Source: Rhodothermales bacterium
Lineage (GTDB): Bacteria; Bacteroidota; Rhodothermia; Rhodothermales; JAHQVL01
NCBI GenBank assembly: GCA_041738655.1
Contig: JBGSPJ010000472.1
Span: 1-51,166, forward strand
Direction: 5' to 3'
DNA length: 51,166 bases
In this document: piece after piece, positions 27,884 through 38,731 of the stretch
Layout of the letters: the number at the start of each line of letters is the position of its first letter
Numbering within the stretch: position 1 is the first letter of the stretch
Position numbers and translations under genes: made by a program
Notes under the pieces: model-generated
Told to the model about the DNA's origin: nothing
The model's database searches: none
The model's input: the letters and a program-made list of their open reading frames with translations, nothing else

Positions 27884-28486
27884 TCATATTCCGGTCGTTG
27901 CGTGATTGCGCTCGCCGAGAAACTCACGGATCAGCTCCAATGTTTCCTCCACGGCGGTCTCCAGGTCGTCGTTGAGGACGATGTGGTCGCAGTGAGGAGC
28001 ATACTCCATTTCCATCGAGGCGCGATCCAGGCGTACTTTAAGCCGTTCTGGCGACTCGGTGCCGCGTTGCGAGAGGCGATCGGCGAGGGAGCTCAGAGAG
28101 GGCGGGCGGATGAAGAGGACGAGCGCGTCGTCACCGAGCAGCTCCTTGACCCGCATGGCGCCGCGGACATCGAGGTCCAGCAACGCCGTTCCTACCTTCC
28201 CGATGCGTTCGATTTCGGATAGAAGGGTACCGTAGAAGCAGCCCGGATAGACCTCCTCGAATTCCAGGAAGTCGCCGGCGGCTACCCGTTCCATGAAGGT
28301 ATCTCGCGGAATAAAGTAGTAGTGAATGCCTTCCTTCTCGTAGTCGCGCGGCGGGCGCGTGGTTGCGGAGACCGAAAACGTGAGGGTGGGGCATGTCGCG
28401 AGCACCCGCCGCGCAATCGTTGTCTTTCCCGCGCCGCTGGGAGCGGTGAGGACAACGACGCCGAGTCGGGGAGTCTGTGCGTTCAT
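27884..28486 (-). CDS. gmk: Guanylate kinase
   Basis: APSGAGKTT, SVSATTRPPR, YGT. Confidence 0.97.
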   Translation of the reverse strand: MNAQTPRLGVVVLTAPSGAGKTTIARRVLATCPTLTFSVSATTRPPRDYEKEGIHYYFIPRDTFMERVAAGDFLEFEEVYPGCFYGTLLSEIERIGKVGTALLDLDVRGAMRVKELLGDDALVLFIRPPSLSSLADRLSQRGTESPERLKVRLDRASMEMEYAPHCDHIVLNDDLETAVEETLELIREFLGERNHATTGI

Positions 28487-29364
28487 TCAATATTTTGAAC
28501 TTGCTCTCGAATTTTTTCGAGCTCTTCTTTCATCTCGACGGCCAGGTGAGCGACGCGGGCGTCGTTGGCTTTCGAGCCGATGGTGTTCACTTCCCGGTTG
28601 ATTTCCTGTACGATGAAATTCAGCTTGCGACCAACGGGTTCATCGCTCGCCATGGCATCTCGGAACATTTGCAGGTGCGAAGCCAGTCGGACGCATTCTT
28701 CGGTCACATCCAGCCGATCGGCGAGGAGGGTGATTTCCATCTCCAACCGATCCCGATCCACGCGTTCGTCGCCGAACAATTCGGCGAGGCGATCGGACAT
28801 CCGGTTGCGTGCCTCGGCGATCCGTTCCGGCGCGCGGGTTTCAACCTCGGCGAGCCCCTTATCGATACCGCGCAGACGCATCTCGAGATCCTGGCGCAGA
28901 GCCTCGCCCTCCTGTAGGCGCATGGCCGTGAAGTTGGCAACGGCATCCGCTGTTGCGGCAACGAGGAGGGCGTGGGTCGTTTCGCCGGCCGCCAGGGTCT
29001 CTTCGACGGTACTGATTAGATCCGGGAAGTTCAAGAGATGGGTAAGAGAAACCGGTTCGTCGATGCCGGCTTCGCGAGCGATGGTGCGAAGCAGATGGGC
29101 ATACGCACGCACCTGAGCGAGGTCTGCCTGCATCGGCATCGCCACGTCACCGGCGGTTTCCGGCTGAACGGAAATGCTGATTCGTCCGCGAGAGATCGAT
29201 TGCTTGACCTGGTTCTGTAGAGCGGTCTCGTATTCCGCGAGCTGCCGCGGCAGACGCGAGGAAATTTCGCAGTAGCGGCTGTTCACCGAGCGAATTTCCA
29301 CGACGAGGGCCAGAGAGTCGTTCTGGGCGCGGCCTCTGCCGAACCCGGTCATGCTAGCAATCAT
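28483..29364 (-). CDS. yicC: YicC/YloC family endoribonuclease
   Basis: MIASMTGFG, SVNSR, GRKLNFIVQEINREVNTIGSK, REQVQNIE. Confidence 0.96.
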   Translation of the reverse strand: MIASMTGFGRGRAQNDSLALVVEIRSVNSRYCEISSRLPRQLAEYETALQNQVKQSISRGRISISVQPETAGDVAMPMQADLAQVRAYAHLLRTIAREAGIDEPVSLTHLLNFPDLISTVEETLAAGETTHALLVAATADAVANFTAMRLQEGEALRQDLEMRLRGIDKGLAEVETRAPERIAEARNRMSDRLAELFGDERVDRDRLEMEITLLADRLDVTEECVRLASHLQMFRDAMASDEPVGRKLNFIVQEINREVNTIGSKANDARVAHLAVEMKEELEKIREQVQNIE

Positions 29365-29446
29365 ATCGTTCTCTGGGAAAGGGGGGAGCGCTGGCCGGCG
29401 ACCCAGTACAGTTTCCAGTACATTCACCTGAACGACCGTGTACAAA

Positions 29447-29476
29447 AGAGCCGGATCGCGCTGACGATCCGGCTCC
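29447..29476 (-). terminator. Hairpin downstream of tRNA-Ser
   Basis: GAGCCGGATCG/CGATCCGGCTC stem followed by TTTT on the minus strand. Confidence 0.6.
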
Positions 29477-29485
29477 AGGGCGCGG

Positions 29486-29574
29486 CGGAGAGAGAGGGAT
29501 TCGAACCCTCGGTACCCCGTTAGGAGTACACACGCTTTCCAGGCGTGCACCTTCAGCCACTCGGTCATCTCTCC
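29486..29574 (-). tRNA. tRNA-Ser (GGA)
   Basis: GGAGAGA..CACGC-CTGGAAA-GCGTG, long variable arm, GGTTCGAATCC; CCA not encoded. Confidence 0.96.
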
Positions 29575-29642
29575 GGCTGGTCGTTCATTCAGGGCGTAAG
29601 CATATCGCGGGAAAGGGTACAAGTTCCTGCAATTGCCGCGGC

Positions 29643-30212
29643 TCAGACTTCCATGATTTCCTCTTCTTTGCGCGCCAGCAACTTGTCGATGCCTTCGATG
29701 TGACGATCGGTCATGGTTTGGAGCCGTTCTTCGGCTTCGTAGCGCATGTCTTCGGGCAAGTTCTCGGATTGCTGGATCGACTTGATCTCATCTTTCCCGT
29801 GCCGGCGGATATTCCGGATGGCGATGCGGGCGTCTTCACCACGGACGCGGGCGGCTTTCGCGAGGTCTCTGCGCCGCTCTTCGGAGAGGGGGGGAACCGG
29901 GACGCGAATCAGCATACCGTCGTTGGACGGATTAACCCCGATATTGGCGGCTGAGATCGCTTTTTCGATGTCCCCGAGGGAGGATTTATCCCACGGTTGG
30001 ATGACCAGCAGGTCCGGCTGGGGTGCGGACACGTTGGCCATCTGGTTCAGGGGCGTGCTCGATCCGTAGTAGCTTACCCGGATGTTTTCGAGCATGGCCG
30101 GCGTGGCGCGGCCGGCGCGAATGCTGCTGAGTTCGTGACGCAGGTGCTCCATCGCGCGATTCATTTTGTCTTCCGCGTCATCGAGCACGAGGGTAATCAT
30201 CTCGTCAAGCAT
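29643..30212 (-). CDS. frr: Ribosome recycling factor
   Basis: IRAGRA, YYG..TPL, NPSNDG, PPLSEERR, RNIRR. Confidence 0.98.
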   Translation of the reverse strand: MLDEMITLVLDDAEDKMNRAMEHLRHELSSIRAGRATPAMLENIRVSYYGSSTPLNQMANVSAPQPDLLVIQPWDKSSLGDIEKAISAANIGVNPSNDGMLIRVPVPPLSEERRRDLAKAARVRGEDARIAIRNIRRHGKDEIKSIQQSENLPEDMRYEAEERLQTMTDRHIEGIDKLLARKEEEIMEV

Positions 30213-30253
30213 CGTTCAACCTGTCGGTCAAGTTGGGGGGGGCAGGGGGTGTA

Positions 30254-31027
30254 TCACGCGGCGCGGGGGGCCATCTGGGGGGGCTGTTTGTCGCCCCAGT
30301 ACACAAGGGTACCGATCGACTCGCCCCGGATGACGCGCAGCAGGTTGCCCGGTTCGTCCATATTAAAGACGATGATGGGTAGCCGGCTTTCCTTGCACAG
30401 CGTAAATGCCGTCATGTCCATCACGCGCAACTCGCGCTGGATAACTTCGCTGCCATGGACACGGGCAAACCGCTCGGCGGTGAGGTCCTTTTCAGGGTCC
30501 GCCGTGAAAATGCCATCGACTCGGGTGCCTTTGAGGATGACGTTGGCGTCAATCTCCAGCGCGCGCAGCGAGGCGGCGGTATCGGTCGTAAAATACGGAT
30601 TCCCGGTTCCGGCGCCAAAGATGACGATGCGCCCTTTTTCGAGGTGACGGATAGCGCGCCGGCGGATGAACGGCTCGGCGATCTCGTCCATGTGGATGCT
30701 GGACTGGAGGCGGGTTTTTAGTCCGGCCTGCTCCAGCGCATCCTGAAGCGCCATCGCGTTGATCATCGTGGCGAGCATGCCCATGTAGTCCGCATGGGCG
30801 CGTTTCATCCCTTTGTTGGCCTCGATGCCCCGAAAGATATTGCCCCCACCGATCACGATGGCGACTTCAGCGCCGAGGTTCTGGGCATCTCGGACGGCCT
30901 GGGCGTAGCCGTTGAGCACCTCTTCGTCGATTCCGTAGTCTTTTTTACCGAGCAGCGCTTCGCCACTCAGCTTCAGCAGCACACGTTTATAGCGGGGGGT
31001 GTCACGATTGGATTGATCCTCTGGCAT
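30254..31027 (-). CDS. pyrH: UMP kinase
   Basis: [27 protein letters not shown]. Confidence 0.98.
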   Translation of the reverse strand: MPEDQSNRDTPRYKRVLLKLSGEALLGKKDYGIDEEVLNGYAQAVRDAQNLGAEVAIVIGGGNIFRGIEANKGMKRAHADYMGMLATMINAMALQDALEQAGLKTRLQSSIHMDEIAEPFIRRRAIRHLEKGRIVIFGAGTGNPYFTTDTAASLRALEIDANVILKGTRVDGIFTADPEKDLTAERFARVHGSEVIQRELRVMDMTAFTLCKESRLPIIVFNMDEPGNLLRVIRGESIGTLVYWGDKQPPQMAPRAA

Positions 31028-31215
31028 AGTCTGGAGACGCGGGGTGCATCGGTGAACAAAACATGGAACGAGATCCTTACCGGCGCGCGATCGACTGGAT
31101 TCAGCGATGGACCGGCACGAAGAGGCGTGAAACGGGGCATGCGCTCGGTGCAGGGGGCGGCGGAGAGGGGTGACTGATCCGGCCGGCCGGGCTTCCCGTG
31201 GAGCGCTTCGGGTGT

Positions 31216-31257
31216 AAAACGAAACGCCCCGACCGGCGCGGGCCAGTCAGGGCGTTT
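31216..31257 (-). terminator. Intrinsic terminator after tsf
   Basis: AAACGCCC.GAC.GGC/GCC.GTC.GGGCGTTT stem with T-rich tail. Confidence 0.7.
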
Positions 31258-31268
31258 TATTGAGCGTA

Positions 31269-32099
31269 TCAGTCGCCGAGCGCGAAGCGATGGAAGGCGC
31301 GGACCTCCACCTGCGCTTTGCGGAGCATTTCTTTGACCGAGACCGAGGAGTCTTTGACGAAAGGCTGTTCGACCAGCACATTGTCTTTGTAGTAGCGCTG
31401 CAGTTTACCTTGGGCGATTTTGTCGAGCATGGCTTCGGGTTTCCCCTCGGCCTGCGCGGCTTCGCGGGCGATCTGCATTTCCTTCTCCTTGATGTCCGCC
31501 GGCACTTCGTCGGGTGTCGCGGCAATGGGGTTCAGGGCGGCCACCTGCATGGCGACATCGCGGCCGGCTTCGGCCGTATTGCCCTCTCCGGTCATTTCGA
31601 CCAGCACACCGAGGCGGGCGCCGGGGTGCACATAGGGTACGATGACGCCGGCGGAGGACGAAGCGACCTTGAAGCGCCGGATGTCCACCTTTTCACCGAC
31701 CTTACCGGTCAGGGCCAGGGCGGCGGAGCCTACGGTTTCATTGCCGCCGAGGGGAAGCGCCAGCAGGGCGTCGGCGTCGGCGGGTTTTTTGGCGAGTACG
31801 ATGCCGGCGACCGCTTCGGCGAAGGCCTTGAAGTCGTCGCTGCGCGCCACGAAATCCGTTTCGCAGTTTACTTCGGCGATAGCGCCGTGTTTACGGTCGT
31901 CGCTGACGGCCGTGACCACGAGTCCTTCTTTTGCCTCTTTGTCCGCCCGGTTGGCGGCCACTTTCTGGCCCTTCTTCCGCAGCAGATCGATGGCGGCGTC
32001 GAAGTTGCCATTCGCTTCGGCAAGGGCCTTTTTGCAATCCATCATTCCGACTCCGGTGATTTCGCGGAGCCGCATTACATCCTGAGCAGAGATCGACAT
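31269..32099 (-). CDS. tsf: Elongation factor Ts
   Basis: [27 protein letters not shown]. Confidence 0.98.
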   Translation of the reverse strand: MSISAQDVMRLREITGVGMMDCKKALAEANGNFDAAIDLLRKKGQKVAANRADKEAKEGLVVTAVSDDRKHGAIAEVNCETDFVARSDDFKAFAEAVAGIVLAKKPADADALLALPLGGNETVGSAALALTGKVGEKVDIRRFKVASSSAGVIVPYVHPGARLGVLVEMTGEGNTAEAGRDVAMQVAALNPIAATPDEVPADIKEKEMQIAREAAQAEGKPEAMLDKIAQGKLQRYYKDNVLVEQPFVKDSSVSVKEMLRKAQVEVRAFHRFALGD

Positions 32100-32154
32100 G
32101 GTATCGTTCGATTTAATCGTTTCGCAAGCCTACGGAATGGGTCGAGCCAAGCGA

Positions 32155-32979
32155 TCACGCTTCGTCTTCCTCGTCGTCGACCAGATCGTCGACAAACTCT
32201 TCTTCCGCGTCGTCGCCTTCGAATTCCGAGGTGAGGCGCTCGTTTTCTGCTTCTTCAACGGCCGAATCAATGCCTTTGGCCTTGTAGCCTTCATTGATGG
32301 CGTCGGCGATGACCGAGGTGATCAGGTCGATCGACTTGAGCGCGTCGTCGTTGGCCGGGATCGGGAAGTCAACCAGGTCCGGGTCGCAGTTCGTATCCAC
32401 AATGGCAATGATGGGGATGCCGAGTTTGCGGGCTTCCTTGACGGCGATGTGCTCTCGGTTGATGTCCACAACGAACGCGGCGCCCGGGAGCTTGGGCATG
32501 TCGGCGATGCCCTTCAGCACGCGCTGGAGCTTGTCGAGCTCGCGCTGCTTCATGAGCCGCTCTTTTTTCTTGAGCTGTTCTACCGTCCCATCCTCCTCCA
32601 ACTTCTTGATGTCTTCCATCCGGCGGATGCTCTTGCGGATCGTCTGGAAGTTCGTCAGGGTGCCGCCCAGCCACCGCTCAACGGTGTAAGGGGATTTGCA
32701 GGCTTCGGCGTGCTGACGGATGATGTCCTTGGCCTGCTTTTTCGTGCCGATGAAGAGGATCCGCCGGCCCATCTTCGTAAACCGGGTCGCGGCATCAGCC
32801 GCGGCATCCAGCAACGCCTGTGTCTGCATCAGGTCGATGATGTGGATGCCGTTCCGCTCCATGAAGATGTAGTTTTTCATCTTCGGGTTCCACCGGCGGG
32901 TAAGGTGGCCGAAGTGCGTGCCTGCCTTTAACAGGGCTTCGATCTGGACACGATGTCCGTTGCTTTGTGCCTGGCTCAT
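32155..32979 (-). CDS. rpsB: 30S ribosomal protein S2
   Basis: [28 protein letters not shown]. Confidence 0.98.
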   Translation of the reverse strand: MSQAQSNGHRVQIEALLKAGTHFGHLTRRWNPKMKNYIFMERNGIHIIDLMQTQALLDAAADAATRFTKMGRRILFIGTKKQAKDIIRQHAEACKSPYTVERWLGGTLTNFQTIRKSIRRMEDIKKLEEDGTVEQLKKKERLMKQRELDKLQRVLKGIADMPKLPGAAFVVDINREHIAVKEARKLGIPIIAIVDTNCDPDLVDFPIPANDDALKSIDLITSVIADAINEGYKAKGIDSAVEEAENERLTSEFEGDDAEEEFVDDLVDDEEDEA

Positions 32980-32984
32980 GGTAT

Positions 32985-33069
32985 CGGGTTGTGTTTCCGC
33001 TACACCCGTCTTGTACACAACCAGACCTCTTGCGAGGCCACCCGGTCATGTATCGGGATGTATGTGTGA
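32985..33069 (-). ncRNA. t44-like rpsB leader (S2 autoregulatory element)
   Basis: ACACATAC..CCGGGTGGCCTCGCAAGAGG..GCGGAAACACAACC immediately 5' of rpsB matches the t44 pattern (ACACAC..GGGUG..hairpin..AACC). Confidence 0.7.
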
Positions 33070-33119
33070 TAAACGCTAAACGAAGATCGCCAGCGCTTTG
33101 ATAAGTAGCGTTTTGCGAA

Positions 33120-33515
33120 CTAGCGCTTCGAGAACTGGAAGCGTTTGCGCGCTTTCGGCTGACCGTACTTCTTACGCTCAACCATGCGCGGATCGCGCGT
33201 AAGCAGATCCGCGTCGCGGAGCTGCTTCTTGAGCGTCTCGTCGTACTTGACGAGCGCGCGGGCAATGCCCAGACGAATCGCTTCGGCCTGGCCCGTAGGC
33301 CCGCCGCCGTTGGTATTCACGACGACATCGAAGTTGCCGGTCGTGCCCGTCTTGTCAAACGGAGCAAGAATTTCCTTGCGCCGCCACGAAAGCGGGAAAT
33401 AGTCCTCGATCGTGCGCTTATTGATCGTGATCGTTCCGTTGCCCGAGCGCAGGTATACGCGCGCTACAGACGTCTTGCGCCGGCCGATCGCCGCGAATTG
33501 TACGAGTGCAGACAT
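33120..33515 (-). CDS. rpsI: 30S ribosomal protein S9
   Basis: [35 protein letters not shown]. Confidence 0.99.
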   Translation of the reverse strand: MSALVQFAAIGRRKTSVARVYLRSGNGTITINKRTIEDYFPLSWRRKEILAPFDKTGTTGNFDVVVNTNGGGPTGQAEAIRLGIARALVKYDETLKKQLRDADLLTRDPRMVERKKYGQPKARKRFQFSKR

Positions 33516-33568
33516 AGTAGTTATAAGGCCGTAGGGTGATGCCGTGGTGTGAACGAGTGGTCGGGTTC

Positions 33569-34012
33569 TCAGAACGAGAGCGGCTTCGGATTCTGAGCTT
33601 CATGCGGATGCTCAGGGCCCGCATATACCTTCAGTTTCTTGATCATCTGACGCCCGAGCGGCCCCTTCGGCAACATCCCCTTCACCGCGTTCTCGAGCGC
33701 AAACGTCGGCTTCTTCGTACGCAACTCCTTCGGCGTCCGGATCTTCACGCCGCCCGGGTAACCGGTGTGGCTGAAGTACTCCTTGTCCGTTTCCTTCTTG
33801 CCGGTGAAGCGAACTTTGTCCGCGTTGATGATGATGACGTGGTCGCCCGTGTCAATGTGCGGGGTGTAGCTCGCTTTGTGCTTCCCGCGCAGCAGGGTGG
33901 CCACGTGCGACGCGAGGCGACCTACAACCGCGTTCTCCGCGTCGATGACGTGCCACGCACGCTCGACTTCCACCGGACGGGCACTGTAGGTCTTAAAGCT
34001 GTTGGTATCCAT
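33569..34012 (-). CDS. rplM: 50S ribosomal protein L13
   Basis: [39 protein letters not shown]. Confidence 0.99.
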   Translation of the reverse strand: MDTNSFKTYSARPVEVERAWHVIDAENAVVGRLASHVATLLRGKHKASYTPHIDTGDHVIIINADKVRFTGKKETDKEYFSHTGYPGGVKIRTPKELRTKKPTFALENAVKGMLPKGPLGRQMIKKLKVYAGPEHPHEAQNPKPLSF

Positions 34013-34328
34013 CGGGACCCCTCTTTGCAGCGTTTCTTTTGGGAGATAAAAGGGCAAATAGTCTGACAACGCCAGAATCCAAATATGCCAGAGCCAGCCT
34101 TGAACGGGCCTGGGCTCCGTGGGATCCCGACATTTTTATGCGAAGACTCACACGCCACGTGTACCACGATGTTTTCAGCGGGCGCATTCTTCCTGTAATC
34201 TTGACGAATGCCCCCGGCGCTTCGTGGACCACCCCTTCCGATTCATTCTATGATGTTTGTTGGCCTTATAAACGTTTGGTGTGGCCCACTTCTGACGCTT
34301 ATTTTGTTGCGGAGATCGCCCCCTGCCC

Positions 34329-35006
34329 ATGCCCGCATTCCACGCCCTGTACGCGCTCAAACGACGCCTGCCTTTCCCCCTGGACGCCATCGACCAGGTC
34401 AATGCCCTGTATCGCCGCTGGCTCCATCTTGGTGTTCAAGACGACGTGCGACTCGTCGATCTCTGGACGTACTGCTTCATCTGGCGCTATCTGCTGATCA
34501 AGTTCGCGCGTGATCCTGCCCTCAACGAAGTCGACCTGGACGTCCAGTTGGGCAAGATCTATGAACAGATCGTCGGTAAACGCCACACGATCCTCAATCT
34601 GGATGGCTATGCCAGTTGGGTCAGCGTGGTCTGTCACCACCAGCACGTCAATTATCTCCGCACCTACCACCCGGAATCGGTCCCCTTTACGCTCTCCTAC
34701 GATACCCCGGAGGACCCGCCCGAGCCGGATGTGGATGCGGTGGTGCTGTTTAAATCGATCATGGCCGCCATTGGCCGGCTGCCGGAGTATTTGAGGGACA
34801 TCGCGGAATTGCGCGTCATGCACGAGTTGTCGTACGAAGACATCGCGCGGCTGACGGGTAAAAACGTGGTGGTGGTGCGCTCGTATGCCAATAAATCGCT
34901 TCAGCGACTGCGGTGCGACCCGGACTTTCTCGGTTTCTGTAGATTTAATTTCGATGAAGAAATCGGGCGAGAGGGTATGTCCGGGGCGCATCCCCTGTCT
35001 GAATAG
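34329..35006 (+). CDS. Divergent ECF-type sigma factor
   Basis: Region-4-like LPEYLRDIAELR..LSYEDIARLTG..VRSYANKSLQRLR; divergent region 2 (YASWVSVVC..VNYLR). Confidence 0.7.
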   Translation: MPAFHALYALKRRLPFPLDAIDQVNALYRRWLHLGVQDDVRLVDLWTYCFIWRYLLIKFARDPALNEVDLDVQLGKIYEQIVGKRHTILNLDGYASWVSVVCHHQHVNYLRTYHPESVPFTLSYDTPEDPPEPDVDAVVLFKSIMAAIGRLPEYLRDIAELRVMHELSYEDIARLTGKNVVVVRSYANKSLQRLRCDPDFLGFCRFNFDEEIGREGMSGAHPLSE

Positions 35007-35026
35007 TCAAAAGAAGGAGCATTTTT

Positions 35027-35950
35027 ATGGATCGCACGAAGATTGAACATATCCTGAGCTACGGATACCTCACCGAGGACGAGCGCCGCGACGTGGAAAG
35101 CTACGTTTCGTGCCACCCCGAGTATGCGCCGATTCTCGAAGAAGCCCGTTTGCACTTCGACGCGATCCTCACCGAGCGATCGGGAAGCGCCGATGACTCG
35201 GTGGATGTCGGCTTGTCGGACGACCAGTTGGTCGCGCACATCGTCGATGTCCGGCTGGGGCACCAGGGCCCAAACGATCCCCGAATTCGCCGCGCGCTCG
35301 ATGACTCGCCGGCTTTCCGGGATCGGTACGAGACCCTCGCCGGCCGGGTTGATCGGCTGTCCTCGACAATCAACCCCGCCGCACGCTTTGAGCAACTGTC
35401 GGGGCATCGATTGGCGGCGATTGGCACCGAAAGGGCAGGGGACCGGCCCGCTCGCGGCGGCGCGGCCGCGGTTTCCAGGCGACGAGTATCCCTCGTGGTC
35501 GGTGTGTTGCTCGTCCTCCTGACGGTTGGTATCTCTTCCGCGCGGCTACGTGCGATCGACGGGCTCGCCTACGGCGGCCCCGAGGAGGTCGACCTCTCCG
35601 GGTACGATACCCCCCTTCGAGGAGAAGCCCCGCCCTCTGGCGCATCGTCGCCCGACCTCCGCTATCGGTATGCGCTGTCCTCGTTTAAACACGCCCGCCA
35701 GGCCGGCATGGGCCTGTTTCCCAGGTATGACGCGGCATTGCTCGTGCAGGCTGAGGAGCAACTCCGCCTGGTTATCGCCAGTGAACCCGATGCGTCGTTC
35801 TTGTCCCACGAAGCCCGCTTCACGCTGGCCAGAGTGTATCTTGCGGCCGATAACCGCACGGCAGCCCGGGAGGTGTTGAACGTGGTGGCGGCGGGCGAGA
35901 ACCATCGCGCGGCCCCGGCGCGTGCGCTCCTCGCGCGCATCGGGCCCTGA
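35027..35950 (+). CDS. Membrane-anchored TPR-like protein, probable anti-sigma factor
   Basis: Follows the ECF gene with AGGAG RBS; central TM; PLRG motif; EARFTLARVYLA TPR-like C-terminus. Confidence 0.6.
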   Translation: MDRTKIEHILSYGYLTEDERRDVESYVSCHPEYAPILEEARLHFDAILTERSGSADDSVDVGLSDDQLVAHIVDVRLGHQGPNDPRIRRALDDSPAFRDRYETLAGRVDRLSSTINPAARFEQLSGHRLAAIGTERAGDRPARGGAAAVSRRRVSLVVGVLLVLLTVGISSARLRAIDGLAYGGPEEVDLSGYDTPLRGEAPPSGASSPDLRYRYALSSFKHARQAGMGLFPRYDAALLVQAEEQLRLVIASEPDASFLSHEARFTLARVYLAADNRTAAREVLNVVAAGENHRAAPARALLARIGP

Positions 35951-36013
35951 CAGGAACGCCATCCCCGGGTGTTCGTACGGGAGGTCTATCCCAAACCTGC
36001 TAACTCTCCTGTG

Positions 36014-37423
36014 ATGCGAACAGCTCTCTGGCTCTTCCTCGTTTGTACGATTACGGCGCCGGCGACGGGCCAGTCACTGCCGTTTCGCGTTGGCGCGGAT
36101 GTGAGTTTCCTGGAAGAAGTGGAAGCCGGCGGCGGGGTGTTTTCACATGACGGGGCGCCGGCGAATCCGCTGGACATCCTGGCCGACAACGGGTTTGACG
36201 CCATTCGTTTGCGTGTCTGGCACACGCCTCCGGATGGTCACAACACCCTTGAAGAGACCCTCGCGACCGCCGCGCGCGCCAGGGCAGCGGGCCTCGATCT
36301 CTTGCTGGACCTCCACTACTCGGACACCTGGGCCGACCCGGGAAAACAGTTTCTTCCGGCGGCATGGAGTGGTCTGACCTTCGACGCGTTGCGCGACAGC
36401 ATACGCGCCTACACATTTACCGTCGTGGACGCGCTGGCCCGCCAACACACCCTCCCGGACATCGTTCAGCTTGGTAATGAGATCATCTGCGGGATGGTGT
36501 GGGACGCCGGCCGGGTATGTGATGCGTTTAACACAAGCGCGCAGTGGGAGCGGCTCGCCTCGTTGTTGTCGGCGGCTCAAGAAGGCGCGCTGGAGGCCGT
36601 CCCCGCCGGGGACTCGCTCCGCATCATGATTCACATCGATCGGGGCGGGGATAACGCCGGCAGTCGCTGGTTTTTTGACCATCTGTTGGCCGAAGACGTT
36701 GCATTCGACCTCATCGGACTCTCCTATTACCCCTGGTGGCATGGCTCGCTGGACGACCTGTCGCGCAACCTGGCCGACCTCGCGGTCCGGTATCGCAAAG
36801 AGATCATCATCGTCGAAACAGGGTACCCGTGGACGCTGGCCTGGAACGACAACACCAATAACCTCGTCGGCGAACCGAGCCAGCTCTTGCCCGGGTATCC
36901 CGCTACAGTAGCCGGCCAGGAAGCGTTTTTTCGCGAACTGCTTCGCCGGGTGAAGGCGACGCCGGATAATCGCGGAGCCGGGGTGTTTCTGTGGGAGCCG
37001 CTGGCGATCAGTGCGCCAGGATTCGGATCGGTGATGGAGAACCTGGCGCTTTTCGACTTCTCAGGGGTTTCGCTGGCGTCGCTGGATGCTTTTGCCCCGG
37101 AGTCATCGACCGGTCGGCTTTCCAATCATCCGTTGCCGGAGAGCGTGGTTGACGTGTACCCGACGCCGTTCCAGACCGATGTCGCGATCGTATATAGGGG
37201 TCCACGGCGTGGCCCGGGTGCAAACGAGCCGTTGGTGGCCCAGATCGTGGATAGTCTGGGGCGCAACGTAATCGACCTCGGGGCGGGAGATTTGTCCGGG
37301 AACGGGAGCACGTGGCGATGGGACGGGCGGGACGGCTCGGGGCGGCGAGCGCCGGACGGACTGTATTTCTGCGTGATCGAAGCGCCGGCTGGCCGGGTCT
37401 ATGCACGGCTCGTTCGCCTGTGA
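36014..37423 (+). CDS. GH53 arabinogalactan endo-beta-1,4-galactanase with FlgD-Ig/T9SS-like C-terminal domain
   Basis: GADVS, RLRVW, DLHYSDTWADPGKQ, VQLGNEI, GLSYYPWWHG, VETGYP, WEP; tail YPTPF..DSLGR..WDGRD..DGLYF. Confidence 0.93.
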   Translation: MRTALWLFLVCTITAPATGQSLPFRVGADVSFLEEVEAGGGVFSHDGAPANPLDILADNGFDAIRLRVWHTPPDGHNTLEETLATAARARAAGLDLLLDLHYSDTWADPGKQFLPAAWSGLTFDALRDSIRAYTFTVVDALARQHTLPDIVQLGNEIICGMVWDAGRVCDAFNTSAQWERLASLLSAAQEGALEAVPAGDSLRIMIHIDRGGDNAGSRWFFDHLLAEDVAFDLIGLSYYPWWHGSLDDLSRNLADLAVRYRKEIIIVETGYPWTLAWNDNTNNLVGEPSQLLPGYPATVAGQEAFFRELLRRVKATPDNRGAGVFLWEPLAISAPGFGSVMENLALFDFSGVSLASLDAFAPESSTGRLSNHPLPESVVDVYPTPFQTDVAIVYRGPRRGPGANEPLVAQIVDSLGRNVIDLGAGDLSGNGSTWRWDGRDGSGRRAPDGLYFCVIEAPAGRVYARLVRL

Positions 37424-38551
37424 TCAGGCGTAGGTATTAAGCATCACCGGCATGATGAGCATGAGGAGATCTTCGCCCTCGCGCTGTTCGAGTGGCGTGA
37501 CGATGCCGGCGCGGTTCGGGGTGCTCAGTTCAAACACGATGTCTTCCGCGGCAATGTGGCCCAGCACGTCCGTCAGGTAGATGGCGTTGAAGCCGATCAC
37601 CATGGGATCTCCGCTGTATTCGCAGAGGACGGTTTCGCGGGCCTCGCTGGAGCGTTCGATGTCTTCCGCCGAGATTTCGATCCGGTTCGCATCGAGCGAC
37701 AGCCGGATTTGATTGGTCATGGTCGACGAATACAGGCCGACGCGTTTGACGGCGGCGAGCATGGCGTCTCGGTTGATGACGAGGCGGCGATCGTTTTCTA
37801 TCGGGATGACCGCCTCGTAGTTCGGGTAGTTCTCGTCGACAAGCCGCGTGAGGACTTGCCCGGTGCCCAACTCGAAGATGGCATAACTGTCGTCGACGGC
37901 AATTGTACAGGCCTCGTCTCCCACGACACGGGCGGCAAGCGCGAGGGCTTTTTCGGGGACGATGAAGTTCTTGGGTTGATCGCTCGTAACATCGTCCATG
38001 GTCAGCCGCACGAGGCGGTGGCCATCGGTGGACACCATGCGGCTGTTTTCGGGCTTCACCTGGAAGTAGATGCCCATCATGGCCGGCCGGAGTGCGTCCT
38101 TGCTCACGGCGAAGCTGGCGATCTGGATGGCGCGGCGCAGAACGGCGCCGGCCAGTTCGATAGTATGTTTGTGGGAGACCTCGGGCAGCGCCGGGTAGTC
38201 GGCGCCGTCGAACCCGACCATCTTATAGACACCCTGGTCGGTCTTGAGGGTGATGTGGAAATCGTCGTCCGCTGCAAAGGATATCGGCAGCGAGGGCAGG
38301 GCGCGTAGTGTGTCGAGCAGGCGCTTGGCCGGCACGGCGATGCGGCTCCGACCGGATGATGCGGCGTCGAAATGAACCGGAAGCGATTGGACGATCGAGA
38401 TCTCGAGGTCAGTCGCGGTCAGCTTCAAACGGCCGTCTTCCTGCGTGAACAGGATACACTCCAGCACGGGCAACGTGCTTTTGGTCGGGACAGCGCCGCC
38501 CACGGTGGTGAGCGCTCTCAACAGGTCCGCACTCGATGCAGTGAACTTCAT
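37424..38551 (-). CDS. dnaN: DNA polymerase III beta clamp
   Basis: ATDLE, STDGHRL, YPNY..VIP, IGFN..YL, LIMPVML. Confidence 0.98.
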   Translation of the reverse strand: MKFTASSADLLRALTTVGGAVPTKSTLPVLECILFTQEDGRLKLTATDLEISIVQSLPVHFDAASSGRSRIAVPAKRLLDTLRALPSLPISFAADDDFHITLKTDQGVYKMVGFDGADYPALPEVSHKHTIELAGAVLRRAIQIASFAVSKDALRPAMMGIYFQVKPENSRMVSTDGHRLVRLTMDDVTSDQPKNFIVPEKALALAARVVGDEACTIAVDDSYAIFELGTGQVLTRLVDENYPNYEAVIPIENDRRLVINRDAMLAAVKRVGLYSSTMTNQIRLSLDANRIEISAEDIERSSEARETVLCEYSGDPMVIGFNAIYLTDVLGHIAAEDIVFELSTPNRAGIVTPLEQREGEDLLMLIMPVMLNTYA

Positions 38552-38731
38552 GATCCGGGTAGCTGATGAAGGGACGGGATTCGGTGTCAAATCTACGCGC
38601 TGGAGAGGGGCTTGTCCATCCCCCGGAACGCGCAACCGGGGGGTAAGGCCATATAAATAGCGCCATGGAACGACCGAGTGCACGGCAACGATACGGGCTG
38701 GAGAAGGTTTCGAGCCCGTATCGTCGCGCGG

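Noticed and set aside
29365-29622. N-terminal extension of yicC
   Set aside because: Overlaps tRNA-Ser; the family start MIASMTG is at 29364
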